64,000 nt of DNA. It comes from Sminthopsis crassicaudata (Eukaryota). The notes under the pieces were generated by a model. The model was not told the origin of the DNA, did not search any database, and saw only the letters and a program-made list of their open reading frames with translations. Made by a program: the position numbers and the translations under genes. Position 1 is the stretch's first letter. The number at the start of each line of letters is the position of its first letter. Below are positions 25,501 to 38,307 of the stretch, one piece after another. The DNA lies in assembly GCF_048593235.1 (NCBI RefSeq), contig NC_133617.1, positions 62,395,767-62,459,766 on the forward strand, given 5' to 3'.

Positions 25501-28476
25501 TTTAGATGCTTCCTATAATTAAACATAATATTCTAGATGTGGTTTGACCAGGGAAAAGTACAGAGCGACTACCATCTCCTTATTCCGAGATACTACATCT
25601 CTCAATTTGTTCTAACTTTACATCACCAAGAATTTCACCAAGAATCTGTCTCAAGAGAGGGGGTGGCTTCATGGACAGCATGGGGGCATTGAGAAGCTGC
25701 AAAGGCTCCTAGTTATAGGAGGTGTGGTGAGAAGAGATTAAGTAGTGGCAACCAGAAGGGAGTAGATGGCTAATACCTAAGGCTTGTGGGAGAAAGGGAA
25801 AAGGAAAAGAGAAAGTCAATTCTGATCCGAGCTATGTCTTCTAGGGATTAAAGGCAGAAACTCCTGGTCAATGACAGGAGTCTGGTGGAGTTAATTAGTT
25901 GATATTCAAGCATTAGCACTAATTTGGGGATTGGGACCATCTGGGTGGCCATTAAGCCAACTCCTCCTTTCTTTTCCTTTTTCCTTTCTCCTTTCCAGTC
26001 TCCTCCTTGCCATTCCTTTCCCCTTCTTCCTTTCCTCTCTTAAGCATCCCCACCTTTTCCTCTTCATTACCCCTTTCCATCTTTCTTTCCTATATTCTTC
26101 CCCTTCTTGGCAGGCTTGGCTAGCTCCCCTCCTCCACTCCTTGGAGCAATGAGACTCAGTGACAGGCCCCAGATGGTGAGGAAGTCACTGGAACTGGGGA
26201 ATGAATGAGCCAAAAGGTCATTTATTCCCTGGAGGTCTTGTACCCCTGCCAGCAACCTCATGGCTTCTCAGCATCTTTTTGCTCCAGCAAGCAGTTATCT
26301 TGTTTCTGAATGAATGCTCTGGTGATGGAGAACTCAGTATCTCCATCTACATTTGGACAACTCATTATTAAGAGGGTCTTTCTTATATTTAACAATCATT
26401 TTTCTATTTGGTGTAGCAGAAAGAGCAATGAATTGGAGTTGGGGATCTGTGTTTGAATCATACTACTGCAAACTGCTCTTTGTGTGATGGTGAACAACTT
26501 ACTTAATCTTTAGTTTCCTTATTTGTACAATGACAAGATTGGACTTTGATGATCTCTGAAGTTCCTTCCAGCTATCACTGTTTTACTTTCTTCATCTATA
26601 AAAAGGGAGAGGGATTGGACTCAATGGCCTTTAAGGTCCCTTTTAGCTCTAAGCTATGATCTTATAGAAGTCAGAGCAATGGGCAGAAATGGCACTGAAG
26701 AAAATTTAAGGAGAGATGTCAGAAAAAAGTTGTAGATGATGAGAGCTTTTCAAAAGTAGAACGTGCTTCTTTTGAGTTGGTGGGATTTTCTTCCAGTGGC
26801 TGCTGAGAGTGTATTAGAGGGAATTCCTGTTCATAGGGAAACTTAGGACTCTTTCAGTGCAGTTTATCTGATGCTATGAAACTTAATTTTTCTGTCCAAG
26901 AACCCTTCACATAATAGTGAGTATTTGTACAGTGCTTTGACATAAGCAAAATGGTTTACAAATCATTTCATTTTATCCTCACAACAACCATGGGATATAG
27001 GTGCTATTGTTATCACTATTTTAAAAATGAAGAAACTGAGGCAGACAGGTAAAATGACTTGTCCAGGATCATACAGCTAGGAAGTACCTGAGGCCGGATT
27101 TTAAACTCAGCTTTTACTGATTCCAAACCTAGTGTTCTGTCCATTGTACCAATTGCCTGCCCTCAAATACTTTTTGATAGTGATCATATCTGTCCTAAAT
27201 TTTCTTTTCTCCACGCTAAATATTCCTATTGAACCTCAAAGAATGTGGCTCCCACTCCTTTCCTCTTCTGTTTATCTTCCTCTGAGTACAATTTGTTAGT
27301 CAACATCCTTCCAAAAATGGGTTGCTCAGAATAATATGATATCAGTAGAGTGGGAAGTTTAACACCAAGACAGACAAAATTTGAGGACAAAACAAGCTAT
27401 ACACTCCACCTTATTTCTCAGGACCAATGTGTTGAAATATGTAGGGGCCCATCAACAGGACAATGTATACTAATTCATTGGTCTTGCAATCTGTGAGGCA
27501 GAAAAATATCAAAGGGTGCTCAGTATAATATATCCTTTTTTGCTTCTTTAGGAATGGTGGCAGAGTGGAAGAAATGGGGCAGAGGAAGAGAAAACCTAGC
27601 ACCTTGGATAGAAGAAGCCCAGCTTAGGAGTCAGGAAGAGTTGAGTTCAAGACCCCTTGGTCACAAATTCCCTGTGATGCTAATCAGGTGGCTTTACCTC
27701 TTCAGACCCGGCAAGTCTTAAAGACCATGTAGTGCAAAGATTGCTTTTCTCTTTTGAGAAAGGAAAATCTGTTCTTTACCAGGTGTTCCCGACACTAATG
27801 AAATCAAAAGAATGGGAGCAAGGTCTCCAAGGTTACTAATATATAGTTTCTAAAATATTCATGAACATTAATTTTGCTGTTGATACTATAAATGGGAGTA
27901 TCTTATCCAGTTTGGGAGCCACAAAAGCACATTCATCTTGATATCTCTCTACAAATGAAATCTGAAGACAAATGGAAGTTGTAGATTAGTGGATAATTGA
28001 TAAAATTCAACCAACAACTCTAAGGTAGGCAGTGAACTGGAATTCAAAGACGGAAACTAATTGGTCCTTTCCCACGAAGAGCTTACATTCTGTTTTGAGG
28101 CTCTATATAGATAAATAAATTACAAAGTGTGTACAAAGTAATGAGAAAAAAATTGGAGACACTCAATACAGTGAGTGCCAAATGACATGGAAAACCAAAA
28201 TTGATCATATTTGAAGAGGCAGAAAGTGACTGATTACTGATGTAAGAATCGTTTCTGAATCAGTTGTATACAGCCCTACCAATAACTTGTTAGCTCATAG
28301 ATTGAAATCAATAACCAATTAGAAGAAAGAACAAAAAAAGGACAAAGAAACAAAGGCCCATCTTTTTTTATATCAATATTCTTCTGGTTATGCTGTAATT
28401 TATGGAGTACTGTGGCCTTTCCCCAAGATGGGAAAAGAATAACAGAGAGGCATGTATATTGTGAGTAGAAGTGGTG

Positions 28477-28715
28477 CCATAATGCCTAGAGCACTGGGCC
28501 TAAAGTCAGAAAGATTCCTTTTTCTGTGTTCAAATCTGACCTTCAAACATTTAGTAGCTGTGTGACCCTGAGCAAATCACTCACTTTGTTTGCCTCAGTT
28601 TCCTCATCTGTAAAATGAGCTGGAGAAGGAAATGAAAAATTATTAGTGTCTTTCCCAAGAAAACCCCAAATAGGACCCCAAAGAGTTAGACACAACTGAA
28701 TGGTAACAACAAAAT
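28477..28715 (+). mobile_element. MAR1-type SINE
   Basis: tRNA-like head, MIR core and ctggagaaggaaatg..aagaaaaccccaaat tail. Confidence 0.75.
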
Positions 28716-28719
28716 ATAA

Positions 28720-29270
28720 ATTGTGGACTTGTACTTCTATCAAAACATGAAACCTAATCACTTCACACCTCTCAGATTGGCTAAGATGACAAGAAAAGGT
28801 AATGATAAATGTTGGAAAGGATGTGGGGAAACTGAGATACTCATTGTTGGTGGAGCTATGAACTGATCCAGCCATTCTGGAAAGCAATTTGGAACTATTT
28901 GGGAATTCCAAAAGTCTTGTGATGGAGAAAGCCATCGGCATTCAGAGAGAGGAATATGGTAATTGAATATGGATCACAATACAGTATTTTCATCTTTTTT
29001 TTTGTTGTTTGTTTGCTTGGTTTTTTTTTTTCTCAACTTTCCCCTTTTGATCTGGTTTTTATTGTGTATCATGATATATGTGGAAATATGTTTAGAAGAA
29101 TTGCACATGTTTAGCCTATATTGGATTACTTGCTGTCCAGCGGCGGGGGGGAGGGGGAGGACAAGGGAAGAAGGGAGAAAAATTTGAAACGCAAGGTTTT
29201 GCAAGAGTGACTGTTGAAAACATGTATTTTGCATGTATTTTGGGGAAAAAAGGCTATTATTATATAAAAA
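28720..29270 (+). mobile_element. L1 ORF2-end and 3' UTR fragments with A tail
   Basis: gattggctaagatgacaagaaaaggtaatgataaatgttgg signature. Confidence 0.7.
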
Positions 29271-30609
29271 AAAGAAACCTAGATCTTCGGTCATCTTCAC
29301 TCTGGAAATAATATATCCTAGGACTATAGAGACCTCAGAAGTCACTTAGTTCAATCTCCTCATCTTATAGGGAAGAAAAATCAACTGCACTTCTATTATA
29401 ACAATAACAAAATCTAAGAAGCAGTAATAGAAAAGAAAATCCCATTCCAAACAACCATAAAATGCTTAAAGCCCTAGCACTATAGATGTACAAAGTATAT
29501 GTTTTACATATAACATATAATTACACATATAATATATTACATAATATGTAACCATTATATATTATATACAGAATGTATATAAGCCACTGGCTCAAGTCTC
29601 ACAAGTAACAATTATCAGAAGCAGAATTGGAATCCAGACCACATTATTCTTAAACCGATATGCCTTTCCATTTTACCATGAAAAAAGGTAAAAGGAGATT
29701 CGAGGGCTTTTGTTTTCTCTTCTTCCTCTACTAAGAGTTTGACTCCCTCTGCCCCCAAGCTGGCCAATCTGTGCAGCTTCATACATACCCCTGGGGAATC
29801 TGGGATGCTCATTGGGAAGAAGGTGCCTGGTGGATGGGAAAAATGGTATTATCAGATTGTTAAACTGTTATTCCCATTGATGCAGCAGGACAGTCTGCTG
29901 TCTGTGCTGTTCATTATACCAAAGCAGCCCCCCGGGGGAATCTCCATGATTAGGAATAGAATTTTATTCCTCTTTGTCATCTGACTGTGCCAGTCCTAGT
30001 ATTCCCCTCCTTTGTTCTTTGGCCCCAGTTCTCCTCTAATATTGCTCCCAAACTACCCAGGTGTTAGACCCTCAGCCTGGCTTTGGGCTTTTTAAGTTTA
30101 ACTGGAATTATTAACATTTTTCCATCACTTTCTGAAATGTAGATAATCAACAAAACAATAATCAAGCTTTGATTTGTAGTGTTGGCTGATTTCTGAGGTA
30201 TAAATGCTCACACTGAAAATTTAACAATCACCCTTGAAAGCTAGTACAATGAGCTCCAACATAATTCTTTCCAGATCTCAGCTTGTTATTATTTATGCCA
30301 TTAAAAAGTAGTTGATAAATTGATAATTAGTAAATGGGTAATTGTTAGATAATTAAGGATACAAGTATGAAAAAAATTATACCGCTCTGTCTTCAAAGAA
30401 CTTCTAATGGAGAGATGAGAATCATGCATTTATATGAATGTTTGTTTCATCCAAGAACAATATTCCTCTGTGGTCTATTGACTACTTAGGAAAGGAGTAG
30501 CAAGGGGAAAACAATGTAGCAGTGAGGGCACATATGGTGCCCCACGGGGACCATTTCTGTCCCCATTTCTTCTGTGACCATTTCCTGGATGACTTTAGAC
30601 ATGGATACT

Positions 30610-31532
30610 TTTTTTTTTTAATTTTTTTTAATTACAGTTTTTATTTATCAGATATATGCATGGGTAATTTTACAGCTAATTGCCAAACATTTTGTTCCAA
30701 TTTTCCCCCTCCTCCCCCCCCACCCAGATGGCAAGTTGACCAATGTTAAATATGTTAAAATATAAATTAAATACAATATATGTGTACATGTTCATACAGT
30801 TATTTTGTTGTACAAAAAGAATCGGACTTTGAAATAGAGTACAATTAGCCTGTGAAGGAAATAAAAAATGCAGGCAGACAAAAATAGAGGGATTGGGAAT
30901 TCTATGTAGTGGTTCATAGTCATCTTCCAGAGTTCTTTTGCTGGGTGGAGCTGGTTCAGTTCATTACTGCTCTATTGGAACTGATTTGGTTCATTTAATT
31001 GTTAAAGAGGGCCACGTCCATCAGAATCGATCATCATACAGTATTGTTGTTGAAGTGTACAATGATCTCTTGGTCCTGCTCATTTTACTCAGCATCAGTT
31101 CATGTAAGTCTCTCCAGGCTTTCTGAAACCATCCTGTTGGTCATTTCTTACAGAGCAATAATATTCCATAATATTCATATACTGTACTTTATTCAGCCAT
31201 TCTCCAATTGATGGGCATCCACTCAGTTTCCAGTTTCTGGCTACCACAAAAAGGGCTGCCACAAACATTCTTGCACATACAGGTCACTTTCCTTTCTTTA
31301 GTATTTCCTTGGGATATAAGCCCAGTAGTAACACTGCTGGGTCAAAGGGTATGCACATTTTGATAACTTTTTGAGCATAGTTTCAAATCGCTCTCCAGAA
31401 TGACTGGATATATTCAAATTCCACCAGCAATGTATCAATGTCCCTGTTTTCTCACATCCCCTCCAACATTGCACATTATCTTTCCCTGTCATTCTAGCCA
31501 ATCTGACAGCTGTGTAGTATATCTCAGAGTTG
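30610..31532 (-). mobile_element. 5'-truncated L1 (about 920 bp) with 14-bp TSD
   Basis: Poly-T left end; TAGACATGGAT(A/T)CT at 30596-30609 and 31533-31546. Confidence 0.9.
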
Positions 31533-31722
31533 TAGACATGGATTCTTAACCAGGGGTCCATGTTTTTTTATTAATATTGTGACAATTGCATTTCAGTGTA
31601 TTTGGGTTTCTTTGTAATTCTACACATTTTATTTTGTTAATTTAAAAAACATTCTTCTGAGAAGAGGTCCATAAGTTTCACCAGAGAAGGAATCCATGAC
31701 ACACAAAAAAGGTTAACAACCT
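31533..31722 (+). mobile_element. hAT-Charlie (Charlie4z-like) MITE; the L1 inserted at its left TIR
   Basis: ggattcttaaccaggggtccatg ... aaaaaaggttaacaaccttg ends. Confidence 0.65.
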
Positions 31723-31829
31723 TGCTTCAGAATATAGCAGATCAGACCTGGAAGGGAACTTAGAACATAGATCAAAGAATGTTCGAGCAAGGAGGGATGA
31801 TAGAATATAGTTTTGTTGGGATTCAGAGA

Positions 31830-32157
31830 TGTAGGGGTTTCCCCCAAATTTATTGGGGTTCTAGACTGCCATGGTGGATATCCTAAAAAAAATGTGAAAG
31901 CCTAAATAATTTCTAAGTCAAGAGGCAAAGTTTTATTATAATAGTAATATTATTTAAAGCAGGTTAAATTCCAAGAGAGGGAGATGGCAAAGAGCAAGAA
32001 GGAAAAAGGTAAATTTATAGGGATTTGGGGAATACAGAACAAAGAATAGAGTAAATGATGTTTTGAGAATAAGGCTCACAAAATTGGTAGAAATTTTGGT
32101 AATGGAAGTTTCTTGAAAAGTATTGAGGTCTCTACTACTATTGGGGTTTCCACTACA
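31830..32157 (-). mobile_element. Probable short LTR
   Basis: TGTAG...CTACA inverted ends; AATAAAA and TATAAA on the - strand; no TSD found. Confidence 0.45.
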
Positions 32158-32229
32158 TCATTCCTAAGGTTAGATAATCTGGGGGTAGTTATTACAACAT
32201 TCCTAAGGGCTATACCACATCAGTTTGAT

Positions 32230-32560
32230 GCATTCCTACTGTCAATATGAATCCTTAATTGCTTCATATTGTCTTGTCCATGTCTTTCAATATTTCTTCC
32301 ACAAAAGATCAATCCAGTGCTCAGGAGATTTTGGACTCTTTTAATATTTCACCTATACCAAGGTAGGGCTGGCAGGGCTCTATTCTTCTTGTTGTTATAT
32401 GTCTGGTCCATCTCCTTTTCCAGTCTTTGGTGATGTTTTATCTGTAAGTTTTTATCTGTGAGTAGTGTTGATGAAATGCTGCGGCCTATTTGCATATACC
32501 ATCATTTTAGCCATTGCAATTTGAGTCATTCACCATTTTGACTTTTCTGGGATTGTGGTT
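32230..32560 (-). mobile_element. RTE LINE 3' fragment
   Basis: - strand gagcactggattgatcttttgtgg..gaaagacatggacaaga resembles the marsupial RTE 3' end. Confidence 0.5.
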
Positions 32561-34796
32561 TTCCATGATTTGTAGCTATCTGACTCATCAAAACCAGAGA
32601 AAAATGAAAAAGAAAGCTTTTTTAAGATTGATTTTGTGACAGTATGTAGCTTGGGTCAGTGAAAGTACTTTGAAATTTTCCAAATGGGGTCTAATTTATT
32701 CTCTTTCTCGGGAAAATAAGACAAAGGCCATTAGTTCTACCCAATCTCCTTTCTTCTTGGTGGGATTTTCATGAACTTTAACTACTATAATTGGAGTAAA
32801 AAAGGAACTGAAGGGAAGTTTTTAATCTCAAGTTAGTCAATCACCTAATATTTATTAAATGCCTTTATAGGCCATGCACTGGGCATGTGAAGAAAAGCAA
32901 AGATTGTCTCTGTCTTGAAGGAGCTTACTTTCAAATGGAGAAAGATAACATAACAATACACACACAAAAAAAGCCAAATGGGGTAGAGGGCAAGATGAAG
33001 AAATCCAAAGTGCAACTGGATGAGAAATAAAGAGAACTGGCCAGGAGATCCTTCTTTAATGAAGATCTTAGGAGAAGCTCTCCATTTTCCAGTCAGAAGG
33101 AGCCCTTATTCTCCCCTTCACCTCAGGATACTTGAGATGTGAGTTCTGGAATTGAAATAAGATAGAAAATTTGACCTAGGGAATGAAAAGTTAAGTGTAC
33201 AAAAAGAAAGTGCAAAAGATAGATCTTAATGTATAAGAGCTTCTCTAGCTAGCTGGCTGAGTGTAGCTGGTTGGATTCTACATAGCAAAAGAGCTGAAAA
33301 AGCTCCTTGAGCCATGAGCAAAAAAGTAAGAAATGAATGCTGACTTTTCCCTCCAACAGTTAAGAGGTCAAATGGCACTTGAAAACTCAGCAGGTGGCAG
33401 CATGGAGCAAGAATTTAGAGGAGACCATATAACACAGATGGAAAAAAAGAACAATTTTTCAGATGGTATTACTAAAAGGTATCAGTCAATAAGCATTTAT
33501 TAAGCACCTTCTATGTTCTAGGAACTGAGCTAAGCACTAGGGATACAAAAGAAGCAGTCTCTACCCCAGGAGTTACAATCTAATAGGGGAGACAATATAC
33601 AAACAAATATATACAAGAATAAATAGGAATAATTAAAAGAGGGAACGTGCTAGAATTAACAAGGAATAGGAACGTATTCCTGTAGAAGATGGAATTTTAG
33701 TTTGGACTTAAAGGAAGCCAGGAGAAGCTGAGGAAGAAGAGCATTCCAGGTATGGGGGTCAGCCACAGAAAATGTCCGGGCTAAGAGAAGAAGTATCTTG
33801 TTCATAGAACACTCAATAGGCCCGTGTCACTGAATCATAAGAGTACAATGGGGGAGAGTAAGTGTAAGAAGAATGGGAAGGTCTGCCCAAAAGATTTTGA
33901 GTTTATGCTGGTGGTGATAGAGTAGATATTGAGAAGAGGAGTGACATTATTGGGCCTGCACATTAAGAAAATTACTGTAATGGCTGAATGGAGGATGAAT
34001 TGGAGAAAGAAGAGGCTTGAGGGGGGCAGACCCACCAGCAGGCTCTTAAAATTCACAATATGTGACATTTACACAACTAGCCATTCTAATAATGAATAAG
34101 CACTTACTTAATAATAATGCAAAATAAACCTACTGAGAACATTCCTAGTGTGTAGGGATCTTTCTTGTCACTGATTATGCGATGCTATTTGAACTAATAT
34201 ATCTTCTGGTTGACACAAGAAAACAAATCAGTGGAGACTGATGATGGATGCTGACCCACAAAAACATTTTGGATATGGGGTATCTTTCAAAATACCCTCA
34301 TGTAAATGAGATTACTTTTTAAATTGAAATAGATCTTACCAATGTTTATCATTCTATAGCTAGTTAAAAAAAAAAAAAAAAAGGAAGTGACCCTGATAAC
34401 ATCAGGCAAAATTAAATTCAAATAGAAACACTTTAAAAAGGAAAAGATGAGGAAATTACATTTTCTTTCCAAGGTACTATTCAAATAAATATTTTAAATA
34501 TTTATGCACCATATAATTTGGCAGTAAAATTGTTCATAGGAAAGCTTGACATTTTCTAAGAGGCAATAAGTAAATGATTAATAATGGAATATTTCAATAC
34601 CTAACTACAAGAAAATGCCAAATCTAAAAGAAAGATAAAGAAAATAAAATTAAACGTAGTACTAACCAAACTAGAACAAATAGATACATGGGGAAAACTT
34701 AATGGAAAAGTGACAAATAAATACAATTTGAAATTATGCATGCAAAGTATACAAAAATGTATCATCTGCAAAGATCATAGAGAATTGAGAAACTAG

Positions 34797-35047
34797 NNNN
34801 NNNNNNNNNNNNNNNNNNNNNNNNNNNNNNNNNNNNNNNNNNNNNNNNNNNNNNNNNNNNNNNNNNNNNNNNNNNNNNNNNNNNNNNNNNNNNNNNNNNN
34901 NNNNNNNNNNNNNNNNNNNNNNNNNNNNNNNNNNNNNNNNNNNNNNNNNNNNNNNNNNNNNNNNNNNNNNNNNNNNNNNNNNNNNNNNNNNNNNNNNNNN
35001 NNNNNNNNNNNNNNNNNNNNNNNNNNNNNNNNNNNNNNNNNNNNNNN
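34797..35047. other. Assembly gap (251 N)
   Basis: N run. Confidence 1.
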
Positions 35048-35109
35048 GGATGGAAGAAGGAAGGAGGGAAGGAAGGCAGGCAGGCATGAATTGTCCTTGA
35101 TGAAAACTT

Positions 35110-35640
35110 CTGGTTACACCCATCACTCCTTTTTCCAGATATTCACATTCACTTTCTCAAGTACATTCTAAATTTTTTCCAGGAATTGAAATTCTAGAGT
35201 TTGCAGACACTTCCTTTTTTAAAATTTTCATTTATTTATTTATTTGTTTATCTATTTATTTATTTATTTGTTTATTTTTTTTTCGGGGAGAGGGTGGGCA
35301 GGAGAAACCAAGATAACATTTGCCTTTCTCCAGTCCTGAAATACATTTCTATTGTTCTTCTTGGTCTCTAAAAATTCAGTGGGAATGACTCAGGAATCCC
35401 ACCCATCAGTTCTTTCAGGACTCTAAGACCCTATTAGCAGTTTATTTGGAACTGGTAATTTGAACTCATTGAGAGTAGCAAAGTGTGCTCTTATCTCTAT
35501 TTTTCCAACCCAAAAGTGGTTTTCTTAGTAGATGAAGCAAAATAAAAATGAGTTGAATAATTCTGCCTTATTGACATCATATATGATCATATACATAATG
35601 ATGTCTATTCTTTATATAATCCTCTTCCCTAACAAAACCA
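35110..35640 (-). mobile_element. L3/CR1 ORF2 fragments
   Basis: acatttgcctttctccagtc and tttgaactcattgagagtagc signatures. Confidence 0.55.
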
Positions 35641-36109
35641 AAAAGCCATTCTTGAGGAAGAGAAAGCATTTAGGAGTCAATTAAAAGGTAAGCGGTGATG
35701 AGGTCCTGAACTAAATAAGTAGAACTGGTAATAGTAATAATGAACAGATTCAAGAGATGTTGTGGAATCAATAGGACTTAATATGGGAAATGATGAAGAG
35801 ATAAGAGTAACAAATGTCTTTTAAGATTTTAAGCCTTTAACTGGAAAGGTGGTGATTCCATCAATAGAAACTGTATTTTTGGGAAAAGTAATAGATTTAG
35901 TAGGTAAATGATGAATTCAATTACGGTTCAATTTGAGATATCAGGGGATATCCAAGTGGAGATATCCTGTAGGTAGTTGGTGATGTGGTAAAGAAGTCCT
36001 GGGAGAGATTGGGGCTAGAAAAAGGAATAATCTGGAAGTCAATTTGAACCAGTGAATAAAGGCAATCCTTACAAATGTCTCATATTTCTCTAAGCAACAC
36101 GCATCTGGC

Positions 36110-36273
36110 ATCAAAGTTATGAGAGACAAAGATATGATGTGAGCACATGCTGTTGGGAAAATGGCATCAATACACTTGCTTGGTACAAGGTTGCCACAAA
36201 CCTTCAAACCTTGTAAAAATGCAATATCTGCAAAGTGTGAAAAAATAAAGTGTAATGAAATGAGATGTGTCTG
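36110..36273 (-). mobile_element. Tigger1-like (TcMar) 5' terminal fragment
   Basis: - strand CAGACACATCTCATTT..GAAGGTTTGTGGCAACC..CCAACAGCATGTGCTCAC with flanking TA. Confidence 0.8.
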
Positions 36274-36300
36274 TATACCAAATTTTTTTTTCCTCAATAG

Positions 36301-36484
36301 CAGGGATTCTCAAACTACGGCCCTCGGGCCAGATGCAGCCTGCTGAGGACATTTATGCGGCCCACCCGGTTATGGCAAATGGTTTGAAACAGAGTGTGAG
36401 CTTTTGTTTTTACTATTGTCCAGCCCTCCAACAGTCTGAGGGACAGGGAACTGGTCCCTGTTTAAAAAGTGTTGAGGACCACTG
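36301..36484 (+). mobile_element. OC1 (OposCharlie1)-type non-autonomous hAT MITE, 184 bp
   Basis: TIRs CAGGGATTCTCAAAC / GTGTTGAGGACCACTG; perfect 8-bp TSD CTCAATAG at 36293-36300 and 36485-36492. Confidence 0.88.
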
Positions 36485-36544
36485 CTCAATAGTATTTTGT
36501 TTTTCTGAATACATGTAAAGATAGTTTTCTACATTCATTTTTAT

Positions 36545-38100
36545 AAGATTTTGTGTTCCAATTTTTTTCTCTCTTCCCTCTTATTTTCCCCCCTCCCTAA
36601 GACAGCAAGCAATCTGATATGTTATACATGTACAATTCTTTTAATCATATTTCCATATTTGTCATATTATGCAAGAAAAATCAGAGGGAAAAAAAAAAGA
36701 AAAACTACAAGGATGAAAAACCAAACCAAAAAAAAAAAAAAAAAAAAAGTAAAAAGTACTGTTTCAATCCACATTCAGTCCCATAGTTCTTTTTCTGGAT
36801 TCAGATGGCATTTTCCATCTCAACTCTATTAGACTTTGTAATAGTCTCTCTAAAATGTAATGTTCTCTGTTGAGGTTTTCTTGGGGTCTCTGGAGGCAGC
36901 CTTCATTTCAGTTCAATAATCACCACACGAGTAGCCAGGGTTAAAATCCAAATCCTTTATTGTCTCCTTCACAGTCTTGTCTCCTTCACTTGGGGCTAGT
37001 TTTTCTGGAGGCCTATCTCCCTCCTTGGTTCCTAGAGCTTGAGCTCCTGCTTGTCTTCCCTGGCTTCTGAATCTCCTGACTCCAGAGATTTGTGCTTCAG
37101 CCTCCAGCCACAACAAAGGTGAAAGATAGAATGAATCTGTCTCAGCCTTTGAGAGCTTCTAGTACACTTGTCCCTTCTGGCTCTGAGAGCTTCTTGCTTA
37201 TGTGCTCTACACTGAGTACACACCAATCATACTAGGAAATCATTATTTGTTGTAGCATTAAATCATTGTCTCCTCAATTCCACTTAGTACCTTGTCTCAA
37301 GTTTGGCCCATAACATTTCCTTGTAAGATTAAATCAACCATACTGAACCATGCTAAATTAGATAACTATTGTCTCCATCAATTCCACTGACTTAGTACCT
37401 TGTAAGAATCCTTTGTTTCAAGTTCAGAGTTCTGGGCCATAACAGGACTTGTCTTGGATTACCACATTGCTGAGAAAAGCTAAGTATCATAGTTTATCAT
37501 TACATAATCTTGCTGTTGTGGTGTATAATGTTTTGGTTCTGCTCATTTCACTCAGCATCCGTTCATGAACGTCTTTCTAGAATTTTCTGAAATCAACCTG
37601 CTCATCATTTCTTATAGAACAATAATATTCCATTACATTCATATGCCTTAACTTATTCAGCCATTTCCCAATTGATGGAAATTCACTTAATTTCCAAATC
37701 TTTGTCATTATAAAAAGAGCTGTTACATTTTTGCACATGTGAGTCCTTGTACCGCTTTTATGATCTCTTTGGGATATAGCTCCAATAGATACCCTGTAGG
37801 ATCAAAGAGTATGCACAGTTTTATAGTCCTTTGGGCATAGTTCCAAGTTGCTATCTAGAATGGTTGCTTCGTTTTACAACTCCACCAATAATGCATTAGT
37901 GTCCCAGTTTTTCCACATCCCCTTCAACATTTATCATTATCTTTTCCTGTCATCTTAGCCAATTTGAGAGGTGTGAGATGGTAGTTCAGAGTTGTTTTAA
38001 TTTGCATTTCTCTGATCAATAGTGATGTTAGCATATTTTTTCATATGACTAGAAATGGCTTTAATTTGTTCATCTGAAAATTGTATGTTGATATCTTTTA
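36545..38100 (-). mobile_element. L1 3' region split by a solo LTR
   Basis: L1 3' UTR/ORF2-end sequence continuous across 36836/37451. Confidence 0.85.
36837..37444 (-). mobile_element. Solo LTR (608 bp) with 6-bp TSD (A/G)GACTT
   Basis: TG...CA ends; AGACTT 36831-36836 and GGACTT 37445-37450; AATAAA on the - strand near 36955. Confidence 0.85.
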
Positions 38101-38201
38101 ATTATTTTTCCTGACTTTAGGGCTGGTGCTCTATCCATTGCTCCACCTGGTTGTCCCCCATGTGTGGTTTTTGGTAGAGTTTCTTTGGTCTGTTTTCTTT
38201 C

Positions 38202-38307
38202 ACAACATGACAATACAAAAATATATTTTGCCTAATTGCATATGTATAACCTATACAACATGACAATACAAAAATATATTTTGCCTAATTGCATATGTAT
38301 AACCTAT
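38202..38307. repeat. Perfect 53-bp tandem duplication
   Basis: 38202-38254 is identical to 38255-38307. Confidence 0.95.

Noticed and set aside
32160-32640. Possible ERV/Gypsy internal sequence beside the 31830-32157 LTR
   Set aside because: Reads better as a degenerate RTE LINE 3' fragment; multiple stops and no pol/env motif
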